Shown here: positions 49,130 to 61,007 of the stretch, piece after piece
Layout of the letters: each line of letters begins with the position of its first letter
Numbering within the stretch: the stretch's first letter is position 1
Assembly (NCBI RefSeq): GCF_044704955.1
Contig: NW_027251778.1
Span: 124,001 to 188,000, forward strand
Source: Pristiophorus japonicus
Lineage: Eukaryota
Reading direction: 5' to 3'
DNA: 64,000 nucleotides
Notes under the pieces: model-generated
What the model saw: the letters and a program-made list of their open reading frames with translations, nothing else
Told to the model about the DNA's origin: nothing
Databases searched by the model: none
Made by a program: the position numbers and the translations under genes

Positions 49130-50070
49130 CATCAGAAATAGGAGCAGGTGTCGGCCATACGGCCCCTTGTGCCTGCTGCGCCGCTCAGTAAAACCATGGC
49201 TGATCTGATCCGCTCCCCATAATCCTTTTCTCCCTTATCGCTCAAAAATCTGCCTATCTCTGCCTTAAATATATTCAATGTCCCAGTCCCCAGAGATCTC
49301 TGGAGCGGAGAATTCCATAGATTTACAACCCTCTGAGAGAAGAAAGTCCTCCTCAGCTCAGGTTTAAATGGGCGGCCACTTATCTGAAGTTATGTCCCAC
49401 AGTTTTTGCTTCCCCATGAGTGGAAATGTCCTCTCTGCATCCACCTTGTCGAGCACGCTCATAAACTTTTAAGTTTCAATAAGATTACCTCACATTCTTC
49501 TGAACTACAATGAGTAGAGGCCCAACCTACTCAACCTATCCTCATAAGTCAACCCCCTCATCTCCGGAATCAAACCAAGTGAACCTTCTGTGTACAGCCT
49601 CCAATGCAAGTATATCCTTCCTTAAATACGGATATGAAAACTGTACGCAGTACTCCAGGTGTGGCCTCACCAATACCCTACACAGTGGTAGCAGAATTGA
49701 TCTTCTTTTACACTCTATCCCTCTTGCAATAAAAGTCAACGTTCCATTGGCCTTCCTGATTATTGCTGTACCTGCATACTAACTTTTTTGTTTCATGCAC
49801 AAGGTCCACAAAGTCCCTCTGTACTGCAACACTTTTCATTTTGTGTACTTTTAAATTATAATTTGCTTTTCTATTATTTCTGCTAATGTGGATAACGTCA
49901 CATTTTCCCACATTTTGCGCCATGTGACAAATGTTTGCCCACTCAATTAGCCTGTCTATATCCCTTTGCAGATTTATGTTTCCTCACAAGTTGCTTTCCA
50001 CCTTTCTTTGCATCATCAGCAAACTTGGCTACATTGAACTCGGTCCCTTCATCCAAGTCATTAATATAGT
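49130..50070 (-). mobile_element. CR1 LINE fragment
   Basis: LVRPHLEYCVQF..RKDILALEAV; reverse FADD motif near 50015. Confidence 0.85.
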
Positions 50071-50829
50071 CTGAAGTGTTTGTATAAGGATCTTGGAGTG
50101 CAGCCCCGCCAAGTATTCAACCCTTTAGTTCTCGATTACCACATGGGATCTGAAATCCGCAGTGCCTGAAACCGGAGGGATCTTTCACCCAAGAAAATGT
50201 TCTGTGATTTATAGTATTACATAATCGTACAGCACAGAAGGAGAGCATTCGGCCCATCAAGCCTGTTCTGGGTGTTAGAAGGAGATTTCCAATTCGTCCC
50301 ATGTTATAATCCTTCCACCCTTTACATCTCACTCCATAGGTATATCCCGCTATTCCTGTCTCGCTCATTCCGTATCTATCTTCCCCAAAAGTACATCTAT
50401 GCTATTCAATTCAGCACTCCTTGTGGAAAAAAATTTAACATTCTCATCACACTTTGGGTGAGTAGGAGCTCCTGAATTCCCTTGTGGATATGTTAGTGAC
50501 TATGCTATATTAGTGACCACTAATTGTGGTCTCCCCTATAAAATTAGTCCCACCCCCTACCATTATACAATAGTCTGCAATATATTATCCTTTTCAAGTT
50601 TGTTCCCAAATGCCATTGGAAACTAACTATTGAATTTGCTTCCATCGCACTTTCAGGCAGTGAATTCAATATCACGGTAACTCGCCGAGTTAAAAGTATT
50701 CTCCTGAAAGAATAACGGAAGGAAGAAAGAAAGCAAAGGAAGTAAGGTTGACAGACTCAAAGAAAGTATAGTACGAAAGAGAGAAACAAGGAAGAAAGAT
50801 GAAAACCAGAAAAGATGGTCAGCTTACAG

Positions 50830-51725
50830 AAAATATGTGATTGCACTGGAGAGGGTACAGAATGATCTTATTGAAACTGATAAGGTAATGAGCGGGCTCG
50901 ACAAGGTGGATGCAGGGAGGATATTTCCACTCAGGGAAACTAAAACTATGGGACATAGTCTCAGAATAAGGGGCCGCCTATTTGAAACTGAGACAAGGAG
51001 AAATTTCTTCTCCCAGAGTCTTGTAAATCTGTGGAATTCTCTGCCTCAGAGAGCTGTGGAGGCTGGGAAATTGACTATATTTAAGGCTGAGATAGATAGA
51101 TTTTTGAGCGATAGGGGAGTAAAGGATTATGGGGAACGGGCAGGGAAGTGGAGTTGAGCCCATGATCAGATCAACTATGATCGAGTTGAATGGTGGAGCA
51201 TGCTCGAGGGGTCGAAAGGCCCCTATTTCTTGTATTATTATGTTATAGGAGATTTACATGGATGTTGCCTGGACTGCAGAATTTTAACTATGAGGAAAGA
51301 TTGGATAGGCTGGGTTTGTTTACTTTACAGCAGAGGAAGCTGAGGGGCGACCTGATTGAGATGTGTAGAATTACGAGGGGCTTGGATAGAGTGGATAGGA
51401 AGCACCTGTTTCCATCGGCAGAGGGGTCAATAACCAGCGGGAATTGATTTAAAGTAATTGTGGTGACGTTTAGAGGGGATTTGAGGGGAAATGTCTTCAC
51501 CCAGAGGGTGGTGTGAGACTTGGACCAACTGCCTGAAAGGGTGGTAGAGACAGAAACCCTCACCACATTTAAAAAGTACTTGGATGTGCACCTTGAAGTG
51601 CCGTTACCTACAGGGCTACGGACCAAGAGCTGGAAAGTGGGATTCGGCTGGGTAATCTTGGTCAGCTGATGCGGACACGTCGGACCGAAATGGCCCCTTT
51701 CCGTGTTGTAAATTCCTATGATTCT
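50830..51725 (+). mobile_element. Two adjacent CR1 LINE 3' fragments
   Basis: RRNFFSQSLVNLWNSLPQ..; LDRLGLF..KLRGDLIE. Confidence 0.8.
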
Positions 51726-51765
51726 TTGAATCGATCATTGAAGGTAGTGGCGGATATTGTTGCGG

Positions 51766-51779
51766 TGACGCAACTTCCT
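51766..51779 (+). promoter_or_regulatory. Putative V14 promoter CRE/ETS composite
   Basis: TGACGCAACTTCCT about 100 nt upstream of the ATG. Confidence 0.5.
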
Positions 51780-51869
51780 CTTGTGGCGTTGTATTTTGCA
51801 CTCGCTCAGTTGGCGTCCTCTCTTAAAGCCAGAACAAGCAGCGGAACATGTCCTGGAACCCCGGCAAAG

Positions 51870-52599
51870 ATGCGATTCCATTTCCTCCTCACTGCTGGGT
51901 TCTTTCTGACGCTGAGTATGTTAAGATCCACCTTTCGATCACAGTGCTATAATTGCTCAACCGAGAGGGTTATTCAGTGATCAAAATAATGTCCTGTGGT
52001 GGTGAAATACTGCGGTCTAATGGATAAGCAATCAATTAATTAACGTCAGACAACTCAATAATCTGCTATATTTTTAACCTGAAATGCTATGAATATAACT
52101 TCCATTGTTTATAATTGATTGAACTTTGCAAAGTCCTCTGTTTTATTTTACAGTTGCATTGTTTCTGCTGCTTGTTGGGAATTCGGGAAAGGCTAAATAT
52201 CTATCGATAAATCGGCCCAACGCCAACATGTATCACTGAGAGTTTCACTTTAACGATGCTAATTCTGTTGCCCCGAATTTCTGTTTCCAGGTGGTTCCCG
52301 CGGCGAGTTGCTGTATCAGTGGCCCCGCTCGCTCAGCGTACGCCAGCGAGAATCCGCCGAGCTGAACTGTTTTCAGAACGGGACGGCTCGCAGTAACATG
52401 CTGTGGTATCGTCATTACGCCGGCGGAGGATTGGCGTTAATCGGGTCTATTTACCGAAGCAGCGATGCTCAGTATGAAAAGGGTTTTGAGAGCGGGTTCA
52501 CCATCACCAGGACCGTGGAAAATAAGAAATCCACACTGAAGATCGAGACAGTCGAAACCAGTGACCTGGCGCTGTATTTCTGTGCCACTGCTGATGGGA
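51870..52599 (+). CDS. TRBV: TCR beta V segment V14, family D; leader 51870-51915, V exon 52291-52599
   Basis: Leader MRFHFLLTAGFFLTL+a|GTATGT. V exon paralogous to V9, ending YFCATADG. Confidence 0.87.
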
Positions 52600-52638
52600 C
52601 ACAGCGGCTCAGAGTCAGTCGGCAGCTTGACAAAAACC
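52600..52638 (+). other. 23-RSS of V14
   Basis: CACAGCG-23-ACAAAAACC. Confidence 0.9.
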
Positions 52639-52704
52639 CTCAGACTGGTGTAATTTTACAGCGGATTGAGCGAACAGTGACCAGAGTTCAGTCTCTTCTC
52701 CATG

Positions 52705-53305
52705 AAGGCAAATGCAATGTTGGCCTTTATTGCAAGGGGGATAGAGTATAAAAGAGGGGAAGTCCTGCTACAACTGTACAGGGTCTTGCTGAGGCCACAC
52801 CTGCAGTCCTGCATACAGTTTTGATCTCCGTATTTAATGAAGGATACTCTTACGTTGGAGGCTGTTCAGAGAAGTTTCACGAGGTTGATTCCCGAATGAG
52901 GGTGTTCAATTATGAAGATATGTTGAGCAGGTTGGGCCGATACACTTCGGAATTCAGAAGAATAAGAGGTGATCTTTCCACTCATAGGGGAAACTAAAAC
53001 TAGGGCACATAGCCTCAGTATAAGGGACCGCCCTGTAAATCTGACGAGGGGGAATTTCTTGCCCCAGAGGCTGGTGAATCTGTGGATTTCTCTGCCCCAG
53101 AGAGCTGTGGAGGCTGGGCCATTGAATATATTTAAGGGGGAGATAGACAGATTTTTGAGCGATAAAGAAGTGAAGGGTTGCGGGGAGTGGGCAGGGAAGT
53201 GGAGCTGTGTCCATGATTGGATCAGCCTTGATCTTATTGAATGGAAGAGTCGGCTCGAGGGGCCAAATGGCCGACTGTTGCTCCTATTTCTTACGTTCCT
53301 ATGTT
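52705..53305 (+). mobile_element. CR1 LINE 3' fragment
   Basis: Degraded RT C-terminus and tail. Confidence 0.8.
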
Positions 53306-53339
53306 GCCTTCGCTAGAGCACAATTTGACCACCAGGGCT

Positions 53340-53715
53340 ACATGGCGTGCGATAGCATAGTGGTTAGTTTGCTGTTCAGCCAGAGGCAGGAGATCGAATG
53401 CCTGCATGGAAGCTGGGGAACTTAAACTCAAATGATTAAACACATCTGGAATACACAGTTAGTATCACAACCGGTGACAATTGCGAGATGTTGTAAAAGC
53501 CCATCTGGTTCACTAATGCCCTTCAGTGAAGGAAATCTGCCGTCCTTACTCAGGCTGGCCTATATGTGACTCCAGACCCACTGCCATGTGAGTCCAGACC
53601 CACTTCAATGGCCTAGCAAGCCACTTAATTGTAAATGAGACTGCAGCTCACCACCACCTCCTCGGGAGTAATTAGGAATTGGCAATAAATGCTGGCCTGT
53701 CAGCCGCTGATTGAA
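53340..53715 (+). mobile_element. Probable SINE-like interspersed repeat
   Basis: tRNA-like start (gcatagtggttag) and a body (ggttcactaatg..gaaggaaatctgcc..ggcaataaatgctggcc) I recall from shark SINEs; family not determined. Confidence 0.5.
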
Positions 53716-54524
53716 TCAAAATGCACTGTTCTGGTCTCCATATACCGTTGTTAGACAACAATTAGAGCATTTTATGATTATCAAAGGTTAGACTTACAGA
53801 GGAACCTTTGACTTGAGGGGGAATACCAGAACCAGAGGCCACAAATATAAGATAGTCACTAATAAGACCAATAGGGAGTTGAGGAGTACCCTCTTCACTC
53901 AGAGAGTGGCGAGGATGGGGAACTTGCTACCACAAGGATTGCTTGAGGCAAATACGGCGGAAGTTGGGTAAAGACAGGAGGGAGAAAGGAATAGCAGGTT
54001 CTGCTGATAGAGTGAGATGGAGAGGGGTGGACGAAGAACCTAAGAGCATAAAAAGCAGCCTGGACCAGTTGTGGCGAAGGGCCCGATTCCGTGGAGTAAA
54101 TTAGATGTAATTCAACATAAAAACGGCAACATCTGAGGGAGGGCAGAACATAATTGGAAGGCGCGTCAATTTCATGCCTGACTTGAAAACACCTCCCAAA
54201 TAATGTAATGGGGTGTTAATAAAACCTGGGTTATTGCCACTAGCTGGCACTGTAGCTTCACTGTAGCCTGGGCCATGGTCTACCTTTGACACAGAATGAG
54301 AAAGGCCGCGGCAGATGTACGAGTCCCCTTAGTGCTCAACTCTGCTGGTTCTGTAACCCTTTAAGTTCCCGACCATTTGGCACAAAAACGCAGTTAGACT
54401 TCCTCATGTCTGCCGCTTTCTCGTGATGCGTTATGACCCGCGACAGCTTAACAATACATCATCCACGTTATTTATTTTACTGTTTGTTTTGATTTGCAAA
54501 TGGTTCTTATTGATGTAATTGAGT

Positions 54525-54800
54525 TACCGCTCCGGCACTGTTACCTCTGGTGTCCCCCAAAGGATCTGTCCTCGCCCCCCGCCGCCTCCTAATTCGCGTC
54601 TACAAGTTTCCCTTTGGCGACATTATCTGAATATGCAATATGAGGTTCTACACTGGCGCTGATGACACCCAGCTCTACCTCATCACCAGACTCGTCCATT
54701 CTCCTGTCTCTGATGAATTACACTGTTTGTCCCACATCCAATGCTGGATGAACAGACAGTCGCTCAAACTCAATAGTCAGAAGACCGAAGCCATTGTCAA
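54525..54800 (+). mobile_element. L2/CR1-type reverse transcriptase remnant
   Basis: SGVPQ/GSVL and ADDTQLYL..IQCWM..LKLN..KTE motifs with frameshifts. Confidence 0.75.
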
Positions 54801-55295
54801 ACGCTGCAGTTCCAGTAGCAACCTCAAGTGGTTGGATACATGGGGCGCCTGCTTGATACACGGCAGAGCATGGGATTACCTACAGAGTAAATTCCATCTC
54901 TCACTGGTAACATACAGAGTAAAGTCCATAATTCACTGGTTAGATGCAGAGTAAAGCCCCTCACTCCCCGATTAGATACAAATGAAATGAACAGTAAGAG
55001 GCAGAGAGACAATATAACTCCCTTTCCTCATCCCCTCACTGCCCTCTCCAATGAAGCCTCGGTGGTGTCTTGGGTTTAAGGAAGCCCCAACTCCACCATC
55101 AAAGGAAGGAGACAGGGCGCCGATTACCCGGAGTCCCAATTCGCCCCGCCCCTGGAATGACCAGTCCCGATGTGGGAGCCAATGAACTGGTGAAGAAAGA
55201 TTGGCCCCTCCCACGCGCACATTGAACATTGGAGAGCAGGAGATCAGTAAATGCCACAGTGCCCAGGACTGTGAGATATTCAGAGGTTGCAAACC

Positions 55296-55648
55296 ATGAA
55301 CCCCCGGATCTCCCTCCCCCCAGAGATACCTGTGTCCCAGCTTTGGCTTGTGTTGCTGGTGTTAACGGGTAAGGTGGAGCTGGGCTGTGAGATCTCAGCC
55401 ATCCTCACTTTAATTTCCCCGTGTGTCCCTTCACACCGCGGGCTGGTCTAGATTCTCTCCCCCTGGGTTTATAGTGTGTTCTCTGTCTGTCTGCCTCCCT
55501 CCCGCTCTCTGTCTCTCTGTCTCCATCTATTTCTCTTCCACTCTCCCTGCCACTCTCCCGCGCTCCATATCTGTCTGTCTGCCTTATTTCCTGCCTGTCC
55601 ATTTATATTTCCCTTGTCTCTCAATCTCTCTCTTTTTGTGCAACTATC

Positions 55649-55714
<66 letters not shown>

Positions 55715-56330
55715 ACTTTCTAATTTCTATCTCTCACTCCTCATGTGCTCCTTCTCATCCTCCAGTGATGTATAGATTGTCGGTCTGTTTATCTCTCACT
55801 CGATCTCATTCTCTCTCTGTCTTTCCCGCTTTCTCTCTGTCTGTCCCGCTGTCTCACTCCCTCCCTCACTCTCTCTCTCGCTCTCTGCGTCGCGCTCTGT
55901 CTCTCTGCCTCTCTCGCCCCCTCTCGCTCACTCTCTCTTCCCTCCTCCGACCCTTCAAGGCGGGTGTTCATATGCAATTTCTCCCTGGGTTTATCTCGAT
56001 CTCTAACTCTCTCTCTTTCTCGGTTTTACAGATGTGGGGGCCGTGCTGATCCAACAGACCCCCGCTTCCATATCCAATTCCCCGGGCACTCCGGTTAGCA
56101 TCGAGTGCGTTTACACAGAAGCAACAGCTAGCTCCTATTTCTACTGGTACCGGTGGCATCCTGACCGGGAACCTCAGAACCTTTTCTATTCCATCGTCCC
56201 TGGATCGGTCACTCCCTCTGGTGAGGTGGACGGATTCACCGCCAAGAGACCCGACAACACCCACTTCTACCTGGAGACTTCCAGCCTGCGGGCGGATCAG
56301 GCGGCCGTGTATTACTGTGCCTGGAGTCTG
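55296..56330 (+). CDS. TRBV: TCR beta V segment V15, family B, apparently functional; leader 55296-55368, V exon 56032-56330
   Basis: Leader MNPRISLPPEIPVSQLWLVLLVLT|GTAAGG. Open V exon ending YYCAWS. Confidence 0.9.
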
Positions 56331-56369
56331 CACAGTGACTCAGGGAGATGGAGGGGCTCGACACAAACC
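56331..56369 (+). other. 23-RSS of V15
   Basis: CACAGTG-23-ACACAAACC. Confidence 0.95.
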
Positions 56370-56984
56370 CCACATGGCAGCAAACACCTGTGGATGGTGA
56401 GCCCTGTCGCGTTTATTCTGCAGAGCGAACATGATATTGACAAGCAGAGACGGGTTAGAGTTAAAGTGAGAGATTAGGAGTAGAGGCACTGGAGAAGGTG
56501 CAAAGGAAGATTAACTGGGATAACTCCAGAATTGAGAGGTTCAAACTATCAGGAAAAGCTGAACAGGCCGGGGCTGTTGTGTCGTGAAAAGGGAAGGCTG
56601 AGGGGTGAACATGTCAGAGGTCTTTACAGATTAACAATGTGTTTTATAAGGTAGGGCGTAGAGAAGTGAGATAGAAAGATTGGAAGATGGAAAGAAAGGA
56701 AGATCGGAAGAATAAAAGAAAGAAAGGAAGAGAGAAAAGAAGACAGAAGGAAAGATAGAAAGAATGTAAGCAGGAAAAACAGTTGGGAAGAAAGATAGGG
56801 AAATTAAACAAAGATAGAAAGGCAGAATGATCGTAGAAATAACAACGAATTTTTAGAAAGTTACGAATGCAAACAAAATACTTTCTTAAACACTGAAAAT
56901 GTGTTTTCTTTATCCACACGGACAGTAGAGGGCGCTCTAGACCATGAAACACACATGTGCCGAGAAAACGGTTCACAATCGGTA

Positions 56985-59900
56985 AACTGGAACAGGAGGA
57001 GGCCCTTTCTGCCCCTCGAATCTGTTAGACAGGAGCAGGAGGAGGCACATTCGATCCCTCGACCCTATTACACAGGAACAGGTGGAGGCCCATTCAGACG
57101 ACTGAGATGTTACACAGCAACAAGAGGAGACCAGTCATCCCTTCGAGACTTTTACACAGGAACAGCAGGCCATTCAGCCGCTCGAGTATCTTAAACCATA
57201 ACAGGAGGCACATTCAGCCTCTCAAGCCTGTTACACAGCACAAAATGGAGGCCATGCAGCCACTCTAATCTATTAGATAGAAACAGGAAGCCCATTCAGC
57301 CCCTCGAGCACTTTAAATAGGAACAGAAGGGCCATTCAGCCCCTCGAGCCTGTTACACAGGAACAGGTGGAGGGCATTCAGCCCCTCGAGTCTGTTACAC
57401 AGGAACAGGAGGAGGCACGTTCAGCCACTGTGAGCTGCGAGGAGGATGCAATAAGGCTGCAGAGTGACTTGGATAGGTTAGGTGAGTGGGCAAATGAATG
57501 GCAGATGAAGTATAATGTGGATAAATGTGAGGTTGTCCACTTTGGTGGTAAAAACAGAGAGACAGACTATTATCTGAATGGTGACAGATTAGGAAAAGGA
57601 GAGGGGCAACGAGACCTGGGTGTCATGGTACATCAGTCATTGAAGGTTGGCATGCAGGTACAGCTGGTGGTTAAGAAAGCAAATGGCATGTTGGCCTTCA
57701 TAGCGAGGGGATTTTGAGTACAGGGGCAGGGAGGTATTGCTACAGTTGTACAGGGCCTTGGTGAGGCCACACCTGGAGTATTGTGTACAGTTTTGGTCTC
57801 CTAACTTGAGGAAGGACATTCTTGCTATTGAGGGAGTGCAGCGAAGGTTCACCAGACTGATTCCCGGGATGGTGGGACTGACCTATCAACAAATACTGGA
57901 GCAACTGGGCTTGTATTCACTGGAGTTCAGAAGATTGAGAGGGGATCTCATAGAAACATTTAAAATTCTGACGGGGTTAGACACGTTAGATGCAGGAGGA
58001 ATGTTTCAAATGTTGGGGAAGTCCAGAACCATGGTTCACAGTCTAAGGATAAGGGGTAAGCCATTTAGGTCCGAGATGAGGAGACACTTCTTCACCCAGA
58101 GAGTGGTGAACCTGTGGAATTCTCTACCACAGAAAGTAGTTGAGGCCAATTCACTAAATATATTCAAAAGGGAGTTAGATGAAGTCCTTACTACTCGGGG
58201 GATCAAGGGGTATGGCGAGAAAGCAGGAAGCGGGTACTGAAGTTTCATGTTCAGCCATGAACTCATTGAATGGCGGTGCAGGCTAGAAGGGCTGAATGGC
58301 CTGCTCCTGCACCTATTTTCTATGTTTCTATGTTTCTATGGCACATTCAACTCATCAAACATTTTACACAGGAACGGGAGCACATCCGACCCTTGCGCCT
58401 GATACACAGGAACAGAAGGAGGCCCATTCAGCACCTCGAGCCTGTTGCACAGGAAGAAGTGAAGGCCCATTCAGCCCCTCGAGCCTGTTACACAGGAACT
58501 GCAGGCCTATTCAGCCCATGGAGCCTGTTACACAGGAACAGGAGGAGGCCCATTCAACCCCTAGAGACTGTTACATAGGAACAGGAGGAGGCCATTTAGC
58601 ACCATGAGCCTATTACACTGGAAGAGGAGGCCCATTCAGCCCCACTAATCAGTCACACAGGAACAGGAGGAGGCCCATTCAGCCCCTCAAACCTGTTAAA
58701 GAGCAACTGGAGGAGTCCATTCAATCAGTGTAATCTGTGACATAGGAAAAGGAGGCCCATTCTAATATTCTAACTGGTTACACAGGAACAGGAGGCCCAC
58801 GCAAATCATTGCGCCTGTTAAACAGGAACAGGAGTAGTACCGTTCAGTCGTCGAGCCTGTTACACAAGAACAGGAGGAGGCCCATTCACCCCCTCTAATC
58901 TGTTACACAGAAACAGGAGGAAGCCCATTCAGCCCCTCGAGCATGTTACACAGGAACAGGAGGAGTCCCATTCAGCCCCTCGAGCCTGTTACACAGGAAC
59001 AGCAGGAGGCCCATTCAGCCCCTCGAGTCTGCTACACAGGAACAGGAGGAGTCCCATTCAGCCCCTCGAGCCTGTTACACAGGAACAGGAGGCCTATTCA
59101 GCCCCTCGAGCCTGTTACACAGGAACAGGAGGAGTCCCACTCAGCCCCTCGAGTCTGTTATATATGAACAAGAGGCACATTCTGCCCGTCTAATCTGTTA
59201 CCCAGGAACAGGAGGAGGCCCATTCAGCCACTGGAGCCAGTTACACAGGGACAGGAGGAACCCTTTTCAGCCCCTCGAGCCTGTTATATATGAACAGGAG
59301 GCTCATTCTGCCTCTCTAATCTGTTCCCCAGGAAAAGGAGGAGGCCCATTCACCCCCAGGACTGTGTTATACAGGAACAGGAGGCGACCCATTCAGCCTT
59401 TCAAGGCTGCTGCACACCTACAGGAGGAGGCCCATTCAACCCCTTGAGTCTGTTACACAGGAATACGAGGCCATTCAAGCCCTCGAGCCTGTTACACAGC
59501 AACAGGAGGAGGCCCATTAGCACCACAAGCCTGTTACACAGGAACAGGCGGCCTCTCGGCTCCTCGAGCCAGTTACACAGGCGCAGGAGGAGGGCCATTC
59601 AGCCCCTCGAGCCTGTTACACAGGAACAGGAAGAGGCCCATTCAGCCCCTCGAGCCTGTTGCAAGGAGAAGGATGGGGCACATTCAGCCCCTCAAGCCTA
59701 TTACACGGGGAAGGGAGAAGGCCCATTCAGCCCCTCGAGCGTGTTACACAGGAACCGGCGGCCACTCACTCCTGGAGCCAGTTACCGAGGATCAGGAGAT
59801 CCATTCCGCCCGGCGAGGCTGTTGCAACGGAACAGGAGGCCCATTCAGCCGCTCGAAATTTTTACACAGGAATTGGAGGCCTATCAGACACTTGCGCCGG

Positions 59901-60025
59901 TTACACAAGAACAGGAGGATGCCCAATCAGCCCCTGCACCTTGTTACACAGGAACAGGAGGACATTCAGCCGCTCGAGCCGATGACAAAGGAACAGCAGG
60001 AGGCCACTCAGCCCCTCTAATCTGC
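56985..60025. repeat. 43-bp minisatellite array interrupted by a CR1 (57430-58340)
   Basis: Same unit on both sides of the LINE. Confidence 0.9.
57430..58340 (+). mobile_element. CR1 LINE 3' fragment
   Basis: LQSDLDRLGEWANEWQMKYNVDKC..; one frameshift ~57715; tail tttctatgtttctatg. Confidence 0.92.
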
Positions 60026-61007
60026 TGCACCAATCAGTTATATCATGTTCGATCATTATTTATGTCCTTTGCCCCATATCACGGGACACCAATACCCAAC
60101 CAAAACTGAACCAATCTCTGTTTTGAAGCCTGCAATTGACCCCCAGCCCCAACAGCATTTGGAGGAGAGAGTTCCACATTCCCACTACTCTTTGTGTGAA
60201 GAAGTGGTTTCTGATGCAATGTCTGAACGGGCTGGCTCTAACTTTAATCTCTTACCGATCCTTCTGGAGTTCCTGACTTGAGGAAATTGATTCACTCTAT
60301 CTACCATATCAACCCCTTTTAGCGCTTTACGAAATTTCAATGAGCACACCACCGAATCTCCTGTAGTCAGTGTAATACAAGCCACGTTGATGCAACCCCC
60401 CAGCCCTGCTGTCATTCTGTTGAATCCGTGTTGAACCCCTAACAGGGGTGTGCGGTGCCCAGAACTGAAGGCAGTTCTCCAGAGCAATTGAAACTGAGGC
60501 TGTGTGCAACTGATGCATCCAATCTTTCTCTCTGTATTCCAGCTCCCTTCACCCCTTACTATCTATTCATTGGTCGTGATTTGTGGACATAGTCTTCGAA
60601 ATACCTATGTTCCTCCACAGTTAGCTCCTGCATCCCATCTGCTCCAATCATGGCCAGTCAGAGAGGGAGGGGCGGGGCTGGCAATCAGGAAGGGAGGAGC
60701 TTTGTCTGTCAACCAGGGGGAGGGGCATAATCTGTCAATCAGAGAGAGAGAGGGGCTTTTTCTGTCAATCAGAGAGGGAGGGGCATTGTCTGTCAATCAG
60801 AGAGGGAGGGGCTATTTCTGCAAAATCAGCGAGGTAGGTGCATTGACTGCCAATCAGAGGCAGGGGACGGACGATCCAAAGCTGCATCACTTCCTCACAT
60901 TCTTCATATTTTGCTCAATGATTTGAAAAGAGCGAATTTGGCTCCTCACAGACTCCCCGCCCCTGCTCTCGCTCCTTTCATTATTGAGGGAAACCTATAA
61001 GCCAAAC

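Noticed and set aside
9175-56369. Assignment as IgH, IgNAR or NAR-TCR V clusters
   Set aside because: No D/J/C within a few kb of each V as in shark Ig clusters. All recognisable V segments have their own leader, and the motifs (CAWS, EAxYExGF) fit TCR beta. The constant region is outside the window, so TRB rests on V similarity.
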